Assembly (NCBI RefSeq): GCF_963921235.1
Contig: NC_086097.1
Location: 94,986,001-95,050,000 of the forward strand
Origin: Mobula hypostoma
Taxonomy: Eukaryota
Length of the DNA: 64,000 bases
Direction: 5' to 3'
In this document: positions 63,591-64,000 of the stretch, piece by piece
Layout: every line of letters begins with the position of its first letter
Position numbering within the stretch: the stretch's first letter is position 1
Translations under genes and position numbers: made by a program
Notes under the pieces: model-generated
What the model was told of the DNA's origin: nothing
The model's input: the letters and a program-made list of their open reading frames with translations, nothing else
The model's database searches: none

Positions 63591-64000
63591 TACAAGCTAA
63601 AGGTCCCAGCCAACACACTTCCACCCAAGAGGTTCATGCAGTGGTTTAGAAACCTCAGAGCTTAGGAAATGGCCTAAGCCTCAGATAAAAGATTTCCATA
63701 TTAACCTACAATAGAAGAAGGTGGCAATCAGCCTATTGAGTCTATACCAACTCATGGAGAAATCCCATTTCTTCACTAGTTTTCCCAATAACCAATTCTC
63801 TCTACATTCCCATTCCTTAATTTATGGGTGGACAGAATGCTGCAGGATTTCTGTGGACACCTTTGGCTTATTCAAGGATTAATTTGCCCATGTTTTGATG
63901 CCATCTTATCCATTGAGGATCCAAATACTTTCCACCAGGTAGTCATCTTTCAAAAAACATTACCCCTTTCTGTAGTGGGTATTCTGCAGACTCCTTCACT

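Overview
Eukaryotic, repeat-dense DNA. The repeat mix (CR1 LINEs with an esterase ORF1, HE1/V-SINE-type SINEs, Penelope-like elements, Rex1/Babar LINEs) points to a cartilaginous fish, probably a ray. Most of the window is nested, decayed transposable elements: CR1, Rex1/Babar, RTE, L2, Penelope, Tc1 IR/DR, Tigger/pogo, PIF/Harbinger and hAT MITEs. The only plausible host gene is an unidentified minus-strand gene with phase-compatible last two coding exons at 31869-31930 and 19861-19954, an AATAAA ~210 nt past the stop, and a possible upstream exon at 55789-55938. Most interesting signals: (1) all four CR1 ORF1/ORF2 junctions carry an in-frame U_UUA_AAC slippery heptamer at the end of ORF1, and in the best-preserved copy an AUG-less ORF2 lies in the -1 frame, suggesting retrovirus-style -1 ribosomal frameshifting in a LINE; (2) minimal hammerhead-ribozyme motifs in Penelope termini, including tiny TSD-flanked insertions; (3) a young MITE that, from memory, is very close to human MER2, a horizontal-transfer candidate; (4) two non-coding, tRNA-less bipartite retroposons. 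All family calls come from motif recognition, not database searches, and boundaries of old elements are approximate.
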